Part shown: positions 16,672-25,741 of the stretch, piece by piece
Numbering within the stretch: the stretch's first letter is position 1
Layout of the letters: every line of letters starts with the position of its first letter
Source of the DNA: a virus
Lineage: Duplodnaviria > Heunggongvirae > Uroviricota > Caudoviricetes
Direction: 5' to 3' (one strand)
Virus record (IMG/VR): IMGVR_UViG_2744054854_000009
Length of the DNA: 30,480 nucleotides
Position numbers and translations under genes: made by a program
The notes under the pieces: model-generated
The model's input: the letters and a program-made list of their open reading frames with translations, nothing else
The model's database searches: none
What the model was told of the DNA's origin: nothing

Positions 16672-17721
16672 TTATGCGCCGCCTGCCGGCGCCTCGGCAA
16701 AGGTAATGCCGTCAATGAATGCGACGTTGCCGTAGTCCTCGATCACAAAGTCATCATTCGATGACTGATAAGTCGCAATACGGTTGTATTCCGGCTCCTC
16801 CTTGATCGTCCGGCGCAGTCCACCGCGCTGGTAGTACACGGACAGGTTTTTAAACGGCGTGATCAGTACGCCATTGACCGGGAAGTACGGCGCGATGAAG
16901 GTCGGCATGTTGCCGACACGTTCCTGCGCAACAATCAGCTGACCGGCCAGCATTTCGGTGTTCGGGTTGGTCTGGCTCATGGCGTTAATCGCCGGGAAGT
17001 TGCCGGTGGTCAACAGGTCGCCCGCCAGGATCACCACGTTGTCAGGATTACGTTTGTGCCATTCATCCATCAGGCTGTTTTTGGCGTCGTACACCGCCGC
17101 ACCCAGGTTGCCGTAAGTCCCTTTCGCAATAACCTTGTTATCTTCATCACGGGAAGTGATCGTGACGCCGGAAATCACGCGGTGTGAGGCTTCAGTACGG
17201 ATTTTCTCCAGCCAGCCAATGCCACAATCCTGCAACAGTGGGTTAGCCGCGCGGTCTGATGGATCGCTGTATTTGGTGCCGTTGAAACCGATCATGATGC
17301 GGTCAAGTGACATCTGACGAGCCATCGCCTTGCTGATTAGAGGCTGGAATTCCGGCATGTGCGCCCAGGCATCAAGCTGTTCATAGCTGATCCCGTAGTC
17401 GTAGTTGACCTTGCGGCACATGTAATCAAACGGCTCCATTGAATGGTTAGCACCTGGATTACGACGGTTGGTGGTGCTGTTGTTAACGCCAGCCATCGGG
17501 CCTTTGCTGCCAATCAGCACTTTCTGACCAATCTGCTGGTTAACGCCAAACACGTTAATTTTGCTCAGGAAAGAATCACTCTCCTGTGCGGCCTGCTCCA
17601 GGCGTTGCTGACGCGCCGGGTCTACCGCAAATTTCGCAGCGACTGCCGCAGTCGATACGCCGTTTAACTGCGCCTGGCGCGCAATGTACTGATCAAACAG
17701 CTGGCGGGTATTGTTTTCCAT
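16672..17721 (-). CDS. N: major capsid protein N
   Basis: 349 aa; P2 gpN-like throughout (e.g. MIGFNGTKYSDPSDRAANPLLQD, LSVYYQ). Confidence 0.95.
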   Translation of the reverse strand: MENNTRQLFDQYIARQAQLNGVSTAAVAAKFAVDPARQQRLEQAAQESDSFLSKINVFGVNQQIGQKVLIGSKGPMAGVNNSTTNRRNPGANHSMEPFDYMCRKVNYDYGISYEQLDAWAHMPEFQPLISKAMARQMSLDRIMIGFNGTKYSDPSDRAANPLLQDCGIGWLEKIRTEASHRVISGVTITSRDEDNKVIAKGTYGNLGAAVYDAKNSLMDEWHKRNPDNVVILAGDLLTTGNFPAINAMSQTNPNTEMLAGQLIVAQERVGNMPTFIAPYFPVNGVLITPFKNLSVYYQRGGLRRTIKEEPEYNRIATYQSSNDDFVIEDYGNVAFIDGITFAEAPAGGA

Positions 17722-17744
17722 GTTCTCTGCTCTCGTAGTGGATA

Positions 17745-18578
17745 TCAGTAATCAGCCAGCTGCGCGTTGGCGCCGCCGTTCGCAGGTGGTCGCTGACTGA
17801 AGGAAGCTTCAGTGCTCCCCAGCTTCTGGCGCAGCTCCGCAAGCTCAGTGGTCAGCTTCTGGATAGCGGCCTTATCCTCCTTGCGCTCCTGCTCTGCGGC
17901 ACTGAAGCGATCAATTTGCTCGGATTGCGATTGCGCCACGGCCTCAACGACCTGATGCATCTGATTGAAGCGCTGATCGTCCGTTTTCTGACCTTTGCCA
18001 ATAATGCTCATCACGCGATTAAACCACTTGGCACCTTCATCGCTGCGCTGGGCTGTCAGCTCGATCACCTCTGCTTCAAGCGCTTCGGTGAACATCGGCG
18101 CCTCACCCTGCTGGTTATTGAAGGCCATCACCGATGCACGCTGCTGTGAGGCAAATTTAAGACGCTCAGTGCCCAGGCTCGCCGGGGTGTCGGTCATTGC
18201 CAGCCCGACAACATAGGCTTTGCCGTTGAGGGCAAACTGCGGATGCAGCTCAATACTGGAATAGACTTTTTGCCCTTTGTCGGTCATCTGCACCATGCGC
18301 TCGGATGGTTCGATTTCGGCATAAAGCGCGGTGCGCCCCGCCAGTGCACCTTCGGTGATGTCTTCAGTGCTGAGGGCTACCACATCTCCCATCGCCCCAA
18401 AATCACTATTCGGGAACATAGAGAGATAGTGCTCAATGTTGACCCGCGCGCCATACACCTCAGGGTTGTAATTTGCTGCTGCATCGCGAAGGTGCTGCGG
18501 TTGAATTTCGCGCCCATCAACGGTATTTCCGGAGACGGCCACGCGAAACTTCTTACGTGGTTTTGCTGTGCCTGCCAT
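17745..18578 (-). CDS. O: capsid scaffolding protein O
   Basis: 277 aa; ...VYGARVNIEHY...VYSSIELHPQFA...YVVGLAMTDTPASLGTE... matches P2 gpO. Confidence 0.9.
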   Translation of the reverse strand: MAGTAKPRKKFRVAVSGNTVDGREIQPQHLRDAAANYNPEVYGARVNIEHYLSMFPNSDFGAMGDVVALSTEDITEGALAGRTALYAEIEPSERMVQMTDKGQKVYSSIELHPQFALNGKAYVVGLAMTDTPASLGTERLKFASQQRASVMAFNNQQGEAPMFTEALEAEVIELTAQRSDEGAKWFNRVMSIIGKGQKTDDQRFNQMHQVVEAVAQSQSEQIDRFSAAEQERKEDKAAIQKLTTELAELRQKLGSTEASFSQRPPANGGANAQLADY

Positions 18579-18654
18579 GTTCGTTTACTCGCTTGTTTTC
18601 TGAGTTCCCGGAGATGATGGCAGGGGGACGCATCCCCCCTCAACGCGTTGTTGT

Positions 18655-18672
18655 TGTGAGCGGAGCACTACA
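18655..18672. promoter_or_regulatory. Ogr-type activator box (TGT-N12-ACA) in the divergent O/P promoter region
   Basis: tgt-gagcggagcact-aca read directly; roughly central in the 160-bp O-P intergenic region; GGGGGA-cgca-TCCCCC hairpin lies at 18623-18638. Confidence 0.45.
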
Positions 18673-18738
18673 ACCTAAAGCGAGCGCAAGGGTACGCGCG
18701 CGCGGGTTAATCTCCCCGGCAGGAAGCGAGGAGGATTA

Positions 18739-20460
18739 ATGGCGATTGAAGAAGCATTCATCATGCAGCGTGCACGACAGCTTTACTGGCAGGGCTACCC
18801 GCCAGCAGAGATCGCACGCCTGATGGGGATCAACCAGAACACGGTTTACTCATGGAAAAAGCGAGATGAATGGGACACCACACCGCCGATCCAGCGCGTG
18901 ACAACATCCATTGATGCCAGGCTAATTCAGCTCACTGGCAAAGACAAAAAGACCGGCGGTGATTTCAAAGAGATTGACCTTCTCACCCGTCAGCTGAAAA
19001 AGCTGGATAACGGCACAGCAGCCACCCAGCCGAAGAAAAAGATCCGCAAAAAGCAAAACTATTTCTCAGAGTCGCAGATTGCCGCGCTGCGGGAGAACAT
19101 TCTCGGCTCTCTGCACTGGCACCAGAAAGGGTGGTATGACAATCACCACTGGCGCAACCGTATGATCCTGAAAAGCCGTCAGGTTGGTGCGACGTGGTAT
19201 TTCGCGCGTGAAGCTCTGGTGCGCGCCCTGTCTGAGGATGTGAAATACAAGCATCAGCGCAACCAAATCTTTTTATCGGCAAGCCGCCGCCAGGCGTACC
19301 AGTTTCGCAGTTTCATTCGCTCGGCCGCCGAAGAAGTTGATGTGGAGCTTAAGGGCGGCGACATGATCCAGCTGTTCAACGGCGCCGAGCTGCATTTTCT
19401 TGGCACGTCAGCGGCTACCGCTCAGTCATACACGGGCAACCTGTATTTCGACGAATTCTTTTGGGTAGGCCAGTTTGCCAACCTGAAAAAAGTCGCGGGC
19501 GCTATGGCAACGCTAAAAGGCCTTACGCGTACCTATTTCTCCACCCCTTCAGCCGAAAGCCATGAGGCTTATCCATTCTGGACAGGTGAAGCATTTAACA
19601 AAGGTCGCAGCCATGGCAAGCGCATTGAGTTTGATACATCCTGGAAAACACTTAACAGCGGCCTGATGTGCCCGGACAAGATCTGGAGGCAGATTGTCAC
19701 GTTGCAGGATGCTATCGACCATGGATGGGATCTGACTGATATCGACGAAATCCGGGAAGAGAACAGCCCGGAAGAGTACGACAACCTGTACGGATGCCAG
19801 TTCATCAAAAGCGGTGAAAGCGCCTTTGACTATAACAGGCTACTGGCATGCGGTGCTGATGGTTATGACGACTGGCCCGACTGGCGGCCATATGCGGCCC
19901 GCCCTATGGCTGATCGTCCCGTCTGGATTGGCTACGACCCGAACGGCGCCAGCGGCAAGGGGGACAGTGGAGCCATATCCGTTAACGCTGTGCCGATGGT
20001 GCCCGGCGGCAAGTTCCGCACGATTGAGACACTACGCATACGAGGGATGGAGTTCGAAGAGCAGGCCAATCTCATTATCGGCATGCTCACCCGGTACAAC
20101 GTGCAGCACATTGGGATCGATGGCACCGGTATTGGTGAAGCGGTTTATCAGCTGGTTAAAAAGCATTTCCCGGCAGCGGTTTGTTACCAGTTCTCACCGT
20201 CCAGCAAGCGAATGCTCGTTCTGAAGATGCAACAGCTGATTCGTGGCGGGCGCTGGGAGTTTGATCGTGGTGAGCTTGACCTGGTTGGTGCATTCAACTC
20301 TGTCCGCAAGATCGTTACCCCTGGCGGCGTTGTCACTTACGACACGGACCGCTCTCGCGGCGTCAGTCATGGCGATCTCGCATGGGCGACGATGCTTGCC
20401 ACCATTAACGAACCGCTGGGACAAGAAGGCGGCAGCAGTATGACAGTTACGGAGTATTAA
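18739..20460 (+). CDS. P: terminase ATPase (large) subunit P
   Basis: 573 aa; GAGGAGG SD; P-loop-like segment SRQVGATWYFA; divergent from O as in P2. Confidence 0.95.
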   Translation: MAIEEAFIMQRARQLYWQGYPPAEIARLMGINQNTVYSWKKRDEWDTTPPIQRVTTSIDARLIQLTGKDKKTGGDFKEIDLLTRQLKKLDNGTAATQPKKKIRKKQNYFSESQIAALRENILGSLHWHQKGWYDNHHWRNRMILKSRQVGATWYFAREALVRALSEDVKYKHQRNQIFLSASRRQAYQFRSFIRSAAEEVDVELKGGDMIQLFNGAELHFLGTSAATAQSYTGNLYFDEFFWVGQFANLKKVAGAMATLKGLTRTYFSTPSAESHEAYPFWTGEAFNKGRSHGKRIEFDTSWKTLNSGLMCPDKIWRQIVTLQDAIDHGWDLTDIDEIREENSPEEYDNLYGCQFIKSGESAFDYNRLLACGADGYDDWPDWRPYAARPMADRPVWIGYDPNGASGKGDSGAISVNAVPMVPGGKFRTIETLRIRGMEFEEQANLIIGMLTRYNVQHIGIDGTGIGEAVYQLVKKHFPAAVCYQFSPSSKRMLVLKMQQLIRGGRWEFDRGELDLVGAFNSVRKIVTPGGVVTYDTDRSRGVSHGDLAWATMLATINEPLGQEGGSSMTVTEY

Positions 20461-20462
20461 CC

Positions 20463-21515
20463 TTGAGCAAACAAAGACCCACACGCGGCAGGAAGTATGC
20501 CAGGGAGCAGGCAGATCTCGCCGCCTCACTGAAAGCGTCACCGGAGCTGAACTCATTCACCTTCGACGGCCCATGGCCGGTGAGTGGTGCCAGCGACCTG
20601 CTTGATAACATGTATTGCGCAGACAACGGGCGATACTACGAAACCCCCATTGACTGGTATGGCCTCGCCCGTCAGTTTGGCTATGCAAGCTGGCACCAGT
20701 CGGCGCTTTATTTCAAGCGCAATGTCCTTGCCGGATGCTTTATCCCGCACAAACTTCTTTCCCGCCAGGTGTTCTCCGCCTTCGCGCTGGACTGGTTTGT
20801 CTTCGGGAATGGCTATCTTGAGATGCGAAAAAACCGGCTTGGTGGTTCCTTTGGCTTTCGTCACTCGCTGGCGAAATACACACGACGTGGTTCTGACCTG
20901 GACACTTACTGGTTTATTCAGGCCGGGCTACAGGATCACATGTTTTCAACGGGCTCGGTATGTCACGTTCTCAGCCCGGATATTCACCAGGAAATATACG
21001 GCATGCCTGAGTATTTCGCTGGCCTGCTGTCTGCAAACCTGGCCCATTCTGCTGACAAGTTCAGAAAGCTCTACTACGACAACGGCTCGCACGCTGGCTG
21101 CATCGTCTACGTTAACAGCGCGATGGCCGACCAGGAGAGCCTTGATAAGCTCAAAAAGACGCTGACGGATACCCGGCGGGGCGGTGCGTTTAAGAACATC
21201 CTTCTGCACGCACCTAACGGCGGCAAAGACTCCGTGCAAATACTGCCATTCAGCCAGATATCGGCTAAGGATGAGTTTGTGGGGGTGAAGTCTTCCACCC
21301 GCGATGACATGCTGGCAGCGCACCGGGTGCCGCCGCAACTGATGGGAGCCATTCCGGAAGGGAACGGTTCATTCGGTGATATTGAGAAAGCGGCTCGCGT
21401 GTTCGCCGTCAACGAGCTGACACCCTGCATGGAAGCCATGAAGCATGTTAACGACTGGCTGGGTGAGGAGGTGATTCGCTTCAACCCTTACGCATTGCTT
21501 GAACCCACGAAGTGA
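20463..21515 (+). CDS. Q: portal (capsid vertex) protein Q
   Basis: 350 aa, close to P2 gpQ length (344 aa as recalled); TTG start 2 nt after P stop with GGAG 8 nt upstream; start codon choice uncertain. Confidence 0.85.
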   Translation: MSKQRPTRGRKYAREQADLAASLKASPELNSFTFDGPWPVSGASDLLDNMYCADNGRYYETPIDWYGLARQFGYASWHQSALYFKRNVLAGCFIPHKLLSRQVFSAFALDWFVFGNGYLEMRKNRLGGSFGFRHSLAKYTRRGSDLDTYWFIQAGLQDHMFSTGSVCHVLSPDIHQEIYGMPEYFAGLLSANLAHSADKFRKLYYDNGSHAGCIVYVNSAMADQESLDKLKKTLTDTRRGGAFKNILLHAPNGGKDSVQILPFSQISAKDEFVGVKSSTRDDMLAAHRVPPQLMGAIPEGNGSFGDIEKAARVFAVNELTPCMEAMKHVNDWLGEEVIRFNPYALLEPTK

Positions 21516-21749
21516 TCTCCTGGCCGCATCGTCATTTCTGGCGGTGCGGTACCACCCGCAGCACCATCATTTCCGTCCATATCGGCCACTCACGAAACAC
21601 AAATAAATCACTCCCCCTGTCAGACGCAGCCAGCGCGCTTCTGGCGCGACTTCTCTCGCGCTACCGCTTTGTTCAGCCATCAACATGAGCGCCCGACAGA
21701 CGGCGAATGGCAGAGGATATGACCCCCTGCCTGACCCCCTTTGCGCGCG

Positions 21750-21768
21750 CTTGCTCCCCCGCCTCGCC
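21750..21768. other. candidate cos cohesive-end site
   Basis: Reverse complement GGCGAGGCGGGGGAGCAAG shares its first 12 nt with the P2 cohesive-end sequence as I recall it (GGCGAGGCGGGGAAAGCAC); lies just beyond Q as in P2. Confidence 0.45.
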
Positions 21769-21791
21769 TGCGCGCTAAACCGACCTCTTTT

Positions 21792-21879
21792 TGTGCACTT
21801 TGTGCAGGCCGCCCAGGCCCCGCCAGCGCTGGGGCGGCATGGAAAAAACGTTGTTTCAAAAATTGTGCAAATTTGTGCA
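21792..21879. repeat. two pairs of TGTGCA motifs flanking a GC-rich palindrome next to cos
   Basis: TGTGCA at 21792, 21801, 21864 and 21874; CCAGCGCTGG palindrome between the pairs; no convincing ORF here. Confidence 0.4.
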
Positions 21880-21906
21880 ACTTTTTGCATCCGCGCGGCC
21901 CCATTT

Positions 21907-22605
21907 TTACACCTGATCAACCTCGCCGAGCGCCACCATAATCGCCAGGCGCTCAGCAGGCGGTAACGCTGCAAATTTTTCCTTCCAGCGCTGCGCCTTT
22001 CGCTTGATTCGATAGCGATCATTGTAATTTTTACCTGCAAAAGTATGCGAATAAGCGCGCCCCTCCTGGTAGTTCATCCAGATCTTCTCTGTCCTCACCC
22101 CGCCGCGCGTCATTGCCTGAAACTCTCGGGCGCGCCAGTCATGTAACATGCGGTCATAAAATCCTGACGGATAGCCCGATAAAATTACGCTGACGTTATC
22201 CGGGAGATCGCGTAAACGCGTCAGCAATCGTTCATGGTCTTTAACAGAATACTCGCACCGATAGCGCGCAGAGCTGCTTCGCGTTTCATGCAGATAAGGC
22301 GGATCAGCGTAGATCAGCACCCGGCCAGCATAAGAATAATCAAAGCGCTCCAAAAACGTCACCGCGTCGCCGACGTCAATAAACAGACTATCGCCCAGAG
22401 CATCCAGAAATTCATGATTACTCTGGTTAAATGCCTCAATGGTCAGCGGATCAATATCAATCCCCCAACTGACTTTCGCCGGTGGCTTACGTAGCATGAC
22501 AGCGCCACCGCCCAAGTGAGTTTCGATGTACGTGTCATGCGGTGGCATCTCGGCAATAATTTTTTGATAAACACCGCTCGCCGCTTTGCTTCCCAGATAG
22601 CTCAT
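21907..22605 (-). CDS. phage-type DNA N6-adenine methyltransferase (orphan)
   Basis: Start chosen at ATG 22605 (MSYLGSK...; track start is GTG at 22641); has YLGSK and ADPPY motifs typical of N6-adenine methyltransferases; no nuclease partner seen. Confidence 0.7.
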   Translation of the reverse strand: MSYLGSKAASGVYQKIIAEMPPHDTYIETHLGGGAVMLRKPPAKVSWGIDIDPLTIEAFNQSNHEFLDALGDSLFIDVGDAVTFLERFDYSYAGRVLIYADPPYLHETRSSSARYRCEYSVKDHERLLTRLRDLPDNVSVILSGYPSGFYDRMLHDWRAREFQAMTRGGVRTEKIWMNYQEGRAYSHTFAGKNYNDRYRIKRKAQRWKEKFAALPPAERLAIMVALGEVDQV

Positions 22606-22717
22606 AACTTTCTCGTTCCCAAAAAAACCAACCTGCAGCACCGCCTAAAATGACGTTGCTCGATAGAATGGCCAGAACCGTCAAAAGCGACCATGGCTGA
22701 CCATCTCACTCACTGCT

Positions 22718-25357
22718 TCAATCCTGTCTTTTTCGTTTAGCCGCCTTCTTCCAGCGCGTGACCAGGTCACACACCGCCACGTATTCAGACGTCGGTTTAT
22801 CTTTCTCACCGGCACGCCATGCCTTCACTTCCTGCAACCGGCCATTATTCATGGCGAGCAGTCCGCCGCCGTGGCGAACGCGGGCACCGCCAGCAATCGA
22901 CCTCACAACATCATCGCTGACGAAAATCCTGCAACTACGCAGCTGCGCGCCGATGCTGGCGATGGTTTCCTGGCTGACCCCGCCTTGTTTCGCAGCCTCT
23001 CTTTTCTGTACCTGCCGCAGCGCCGCTTCGGCTTTTTTCTTCTGGTATTCCGCAACTGCGGCGGCATAGTTATCCGCACGCAGCTCCGCTTCGGTCCGCA
23101 GCTGTTGTCGCCAACGCTGTTCTGCCTCTTCTGGTGTCAGGCTCATATCTTTCGCTGCGGCCACTTTTGGCCCCCACGTCAACGCAGTTTCATCATCAAC
23201 AGACGTGCGCAGACCGCGCGCGGTACGCTCGAAGGCTTGATCTGAGCTTTCGCGGCCAAAGTTTTTCAGTCTGCTGGTGATTTCCTGCCGTTGCTGGCGT
23301 GAATATCGGCGCAAATCTTCGATATTCAGCGGAAGTTCTGTCATCTGACTGTCCGGGTGATCAATACCGGCATGCATCGTCGGTTTTGACGGTGTGGTAC
23401 CAGCTGGCACCGCCACTTTTAACGGTGGTTTTTCGTCCGTTCCGGAGCGCCCCGTACAGTTATTGACAGAACTCCGAGGGGCCGCTGCGCGGCCTTCTAA
23501 GGTCAAAATCTCGACCGGCGACGGCTTACGCTTCGGCACAATCTTGTAATCGGTGGTGCGGGTAAAAATGACTGATTCGCTGCCCGTATAAGGGCAATAA
23601 ACGCCAGTAATTTTGGCGACCGTGTCCCCATAATCATTGCCATTTTCGGTGAATTCATAGTTAAGCCGAACGCGCAGGCAATCGCGCGCGACAAATGGCC
23701 CGCCCTGAGCGTTGGTGTATCCCGGCCAGTCTGGCGCATCGGCTGCTGCCCGTGCCGCTTCCAGTTCCGGATGTAATACCAGCTCGCGACTACCTAACCG
23801 GCGCAATTCGCGCCAAGTGGTAACGGGCGCACCGCCAATCTGCTGAAACTGGCGGATATTCCAGCGTGAAGCCCAGGCGCGTACACGCTTTGCCATCTCC
23901 CTGACCGGCTGGCCTGACTCAAGATCCACTTCACCATCCATGCCGTAGCCATCGATGTTTTTCGAGATGTATTTCGCGATATAGCCTGTTGCAGACCCAA
24001 ATTGCTCGTCCATCGGCGTAACAGTAAAACGGTGCTCTGAAGCACCTTTCTCGTTACCGTCCTCTTTCATGGCGTGTTTGCGGAAAATGGCTGTTGCATA
24101 CTCTACTTCCTCAGGACGGAGGAAAAGCAACAGATGCCAGTGAGGGGTTCCATCGTGGTGAGGCTCTGCAACACGAAAACCAAACGTGCGAATACCTTCG
24201 CGACTCCATTTGGCTCTGACGCGCGCCCAGACTTTGCAAAGGTATTTTTGCGTCTGACGCGGGCTGGCGTGCTGGTACTTATCGTTTCGTCTGCCTGACT
24301 GGACATGTGTTGAGTGGTAACGCGACGGCGCTGTCAGCGTGTAGAACATGCCAACCAGCCCCATTTCATTCGCCATATCCTCAAACCCGCGCATGCGCAC
24401 CATCAGCTCATGCCGCGCGATCTTCGGGTTGGAAACACTACCCATCACCTTATCCAGTAATGAGCTGCGCTCGCCGGTGTCCTGGTCTTCCAGCTCCATC
24501 GCCTGAAGGAATTCGAAGTTCGCTTTTTTCTGCGCAACCCATTCCCTGAAGCATGGATCAGAGCAATATGGTGAAGCCACTTTGCTGACATAGCCGGTCG
24601 CGATCATAAGATGTTCGCGCCAGCAGTCATGGATACGGCGGATTTTGTTAAGCCACCATTTTTCGGAATGAAGTCTGCCAGCGGCACGCAGCGCCTCGTC
24701 GGCGTCCAACTCTTCATCGCAATAACGCGCCCATCCGGGGATCGCGATATTGAGCGTCGCCGCCTTGCTCGCTATAGCCCCGTATGCGTAAATCGACGAA
24801 AACTCAAGATCGGATGTTTGTTCATACTGAAAATCAAACTCGCGCATAAACTCGCTTTTCATCAAGTTCGCAAGCTTATACGCCAGTCTTTTCAGGCGCT
24901 TTTTGTCCGCCCACGGCAGCAGGTGAAATTCATCACGCAGCGGAAGAAGAAGCGCCGGGAGCGTACTTTGTGGGAGGTATTGCGCGTTAACCGCATCAAC
25001 ACGGCGTAAGACATGCCGCTCAAACGTACCGAACAGCCAACGCACGACGTCTTTTGGCTTGCTGCGTTCGAGGTTTTCAAGGTGCTGCGAGAAGCGCTTA
25101 CGGATAAACGCCGGGAGCGTTTGCACCCGGCGGCGGAGGTAGTTAGCGCGGCCATTTCGATCAAATGCCTCACGCGCATCGCCCTCGCGCGGGCGCAATG
25201 GCGCGCGGTATACCGTATCAACCAGATCACCATAAGCGAGCGCCCTGCGCTCGCCTTTCGGTGTCAGATACTCAATGGCTGAACTTTCGGTTTTATGGGG
25301 GTTGATGGCCTGCCGTTTGGTATTCCATTCCCATGCTAAGGCGGTGAGATCTGACAT
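22718..25357 (-). CDS. A: replication initiation protein A (rolling-circle nicking endonuclease)
   Basis: 879 aa; HUH-type motif PHWHLLLF and tyrosine motif GYIAKYISK; roughly 100 aa longer than P2 gpA (761 aa as recalled), with a charged C-terminal extension. Confidence 0.9.
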   Translation of the reverse strand: MSDLTALAWEWNTKRQAINPHKTESSAIEYLTPKGERRALAYGDLVDTVYRAPLRPREGDAREAFDRNGRANYLRRRVQTLPAFIRKRFSQHLENLERSKPKDVVRWLFGTFERHVLRRVDAVNAQYLPQSTLPALLLPLRDEFHLLPWADKKRLKRLAYKLANLMKSEFMREFDFQYEQTSDLEFSSIYAYGAIASKAATLNIAIPGWARYCDEELDADEALRAAGRLHSEKWWLNKIRRIHDCWREHLMIATGYVSKVASPYCSDPCFREWVAQKKANFEFLQAMELEDQDTGERSSLLDKVMGSVSNPKIARHELMVRMRGFEDMANEMGLVGMFYTLTAPSRYHSTHVQSGRRNDKYQHASPRQTQKYLCKVWARVRAKWSREGIRTFGFRVAEPHHDGTPHWHLLLFLRPEEVEYATAIFRKHAMKEDGNEKGASEHRFTVTPMDEQFGSATGYIAKYISKNIDGYGMDGEVDLESGQPVREMAKRVRAWASRWNIRQFQQIGGAPVTTWRELRRLGSRELVLHPELEAARAAADAPDWPGYTNAQGGPFVARDCLRVRLNYEFTENGNDYGDTVAKITGVYCPYTGSESVIFTRTTDYKIVPKRKPSPVEILTLEGRAAAPRSSVNNCTGRSGTDEKPPLKVAVPAGTTPSKPTMHAGIDHPDSQMTELPLNIEDLRRYSRQQRQEITSRLKNFGRESSDQAFERTARGLRTSVDDETALTWGPKVAAAKDMSLTPEEAEQRWRQQLRTEAELRADNYAAAVAEYQKKKAEAALRQVQKREAAKQGGVSQETIASIGAQLRSCRIFVSDDVVRSIAGGARVRHGGGLLAMNNGRLQEVKAWRAGEKDKPTSEYVAVCDLVTRWKKAAKRKRQD

Positions 25358-25367
25358 ACACCACCTA

Positions 25368-25538
25368 AACCGTCACTGTGTCACCGGGCTGAACCTGGCG
25401 AGCATCTTTTTCGGTATCACGGATAATGGTCGTACGGCTGTACCTGCCCCAGCTCAACACCTCCACCTCAACGATCCAGAAATGGCGGTATGGGCGAACG
25501 TCGAGCACGCGAGTGATCACTGCATCAACTGTGTTCAT
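25368..25538 (-). CDS. small hypothetical protein (56 aa), translationally coupled upstream of A
   Basis: Below the ORF-track threshold; ATG at 25538 overlaps the stop of the upstream ORF (ATGA) with GGGAGG SD; stop is 7 nt before the A start codon. Confidence 0.4.
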
Positions 25539-25741
25539 CGGGTGGCGACCTCCCGAATCTCTTCGATTGAGTCAAGCAGCAGTCGACGGCGGGTATGTTC
25601 GGCAAAGTGACGTTTGCCGGTGTCTTTCCGGTAGCACTCTGTCTTGCCGACTACCCACATGGATTCCGTCTGGTGCAACTTCTTGCGCTGCGGGCCGTCT
25701 TTGGTAATAACGATGCCCGTATGAGTCTTTTTAATGGTCAT
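25535..25741 (-). CDS. hypothetical protein (68 aa)
   Basis: Start shares a nucleotide with the dam stop (TGATG); basic protein; no family recognised. Confidence 0.5.
   Translation of the reverse strand: MTIKKTHTGIVITKDGPQRKKLHQTESMWVVGKTECYRKDTGKRHFAEHTRRRLLLDSIEEIREVATR

Noticed and set aside
21567-22040. ORFs 21567..22040, 21680..21904, 21685..21966 and 21741..21941 in the cos region
   Set aside because: Overlap one another and the cos-like and repeat sequences in a GC-rich non-coding stretch; Arg/Ala/Pro-rich with no RBS; the longest also overlaps the methyltransferase gene.
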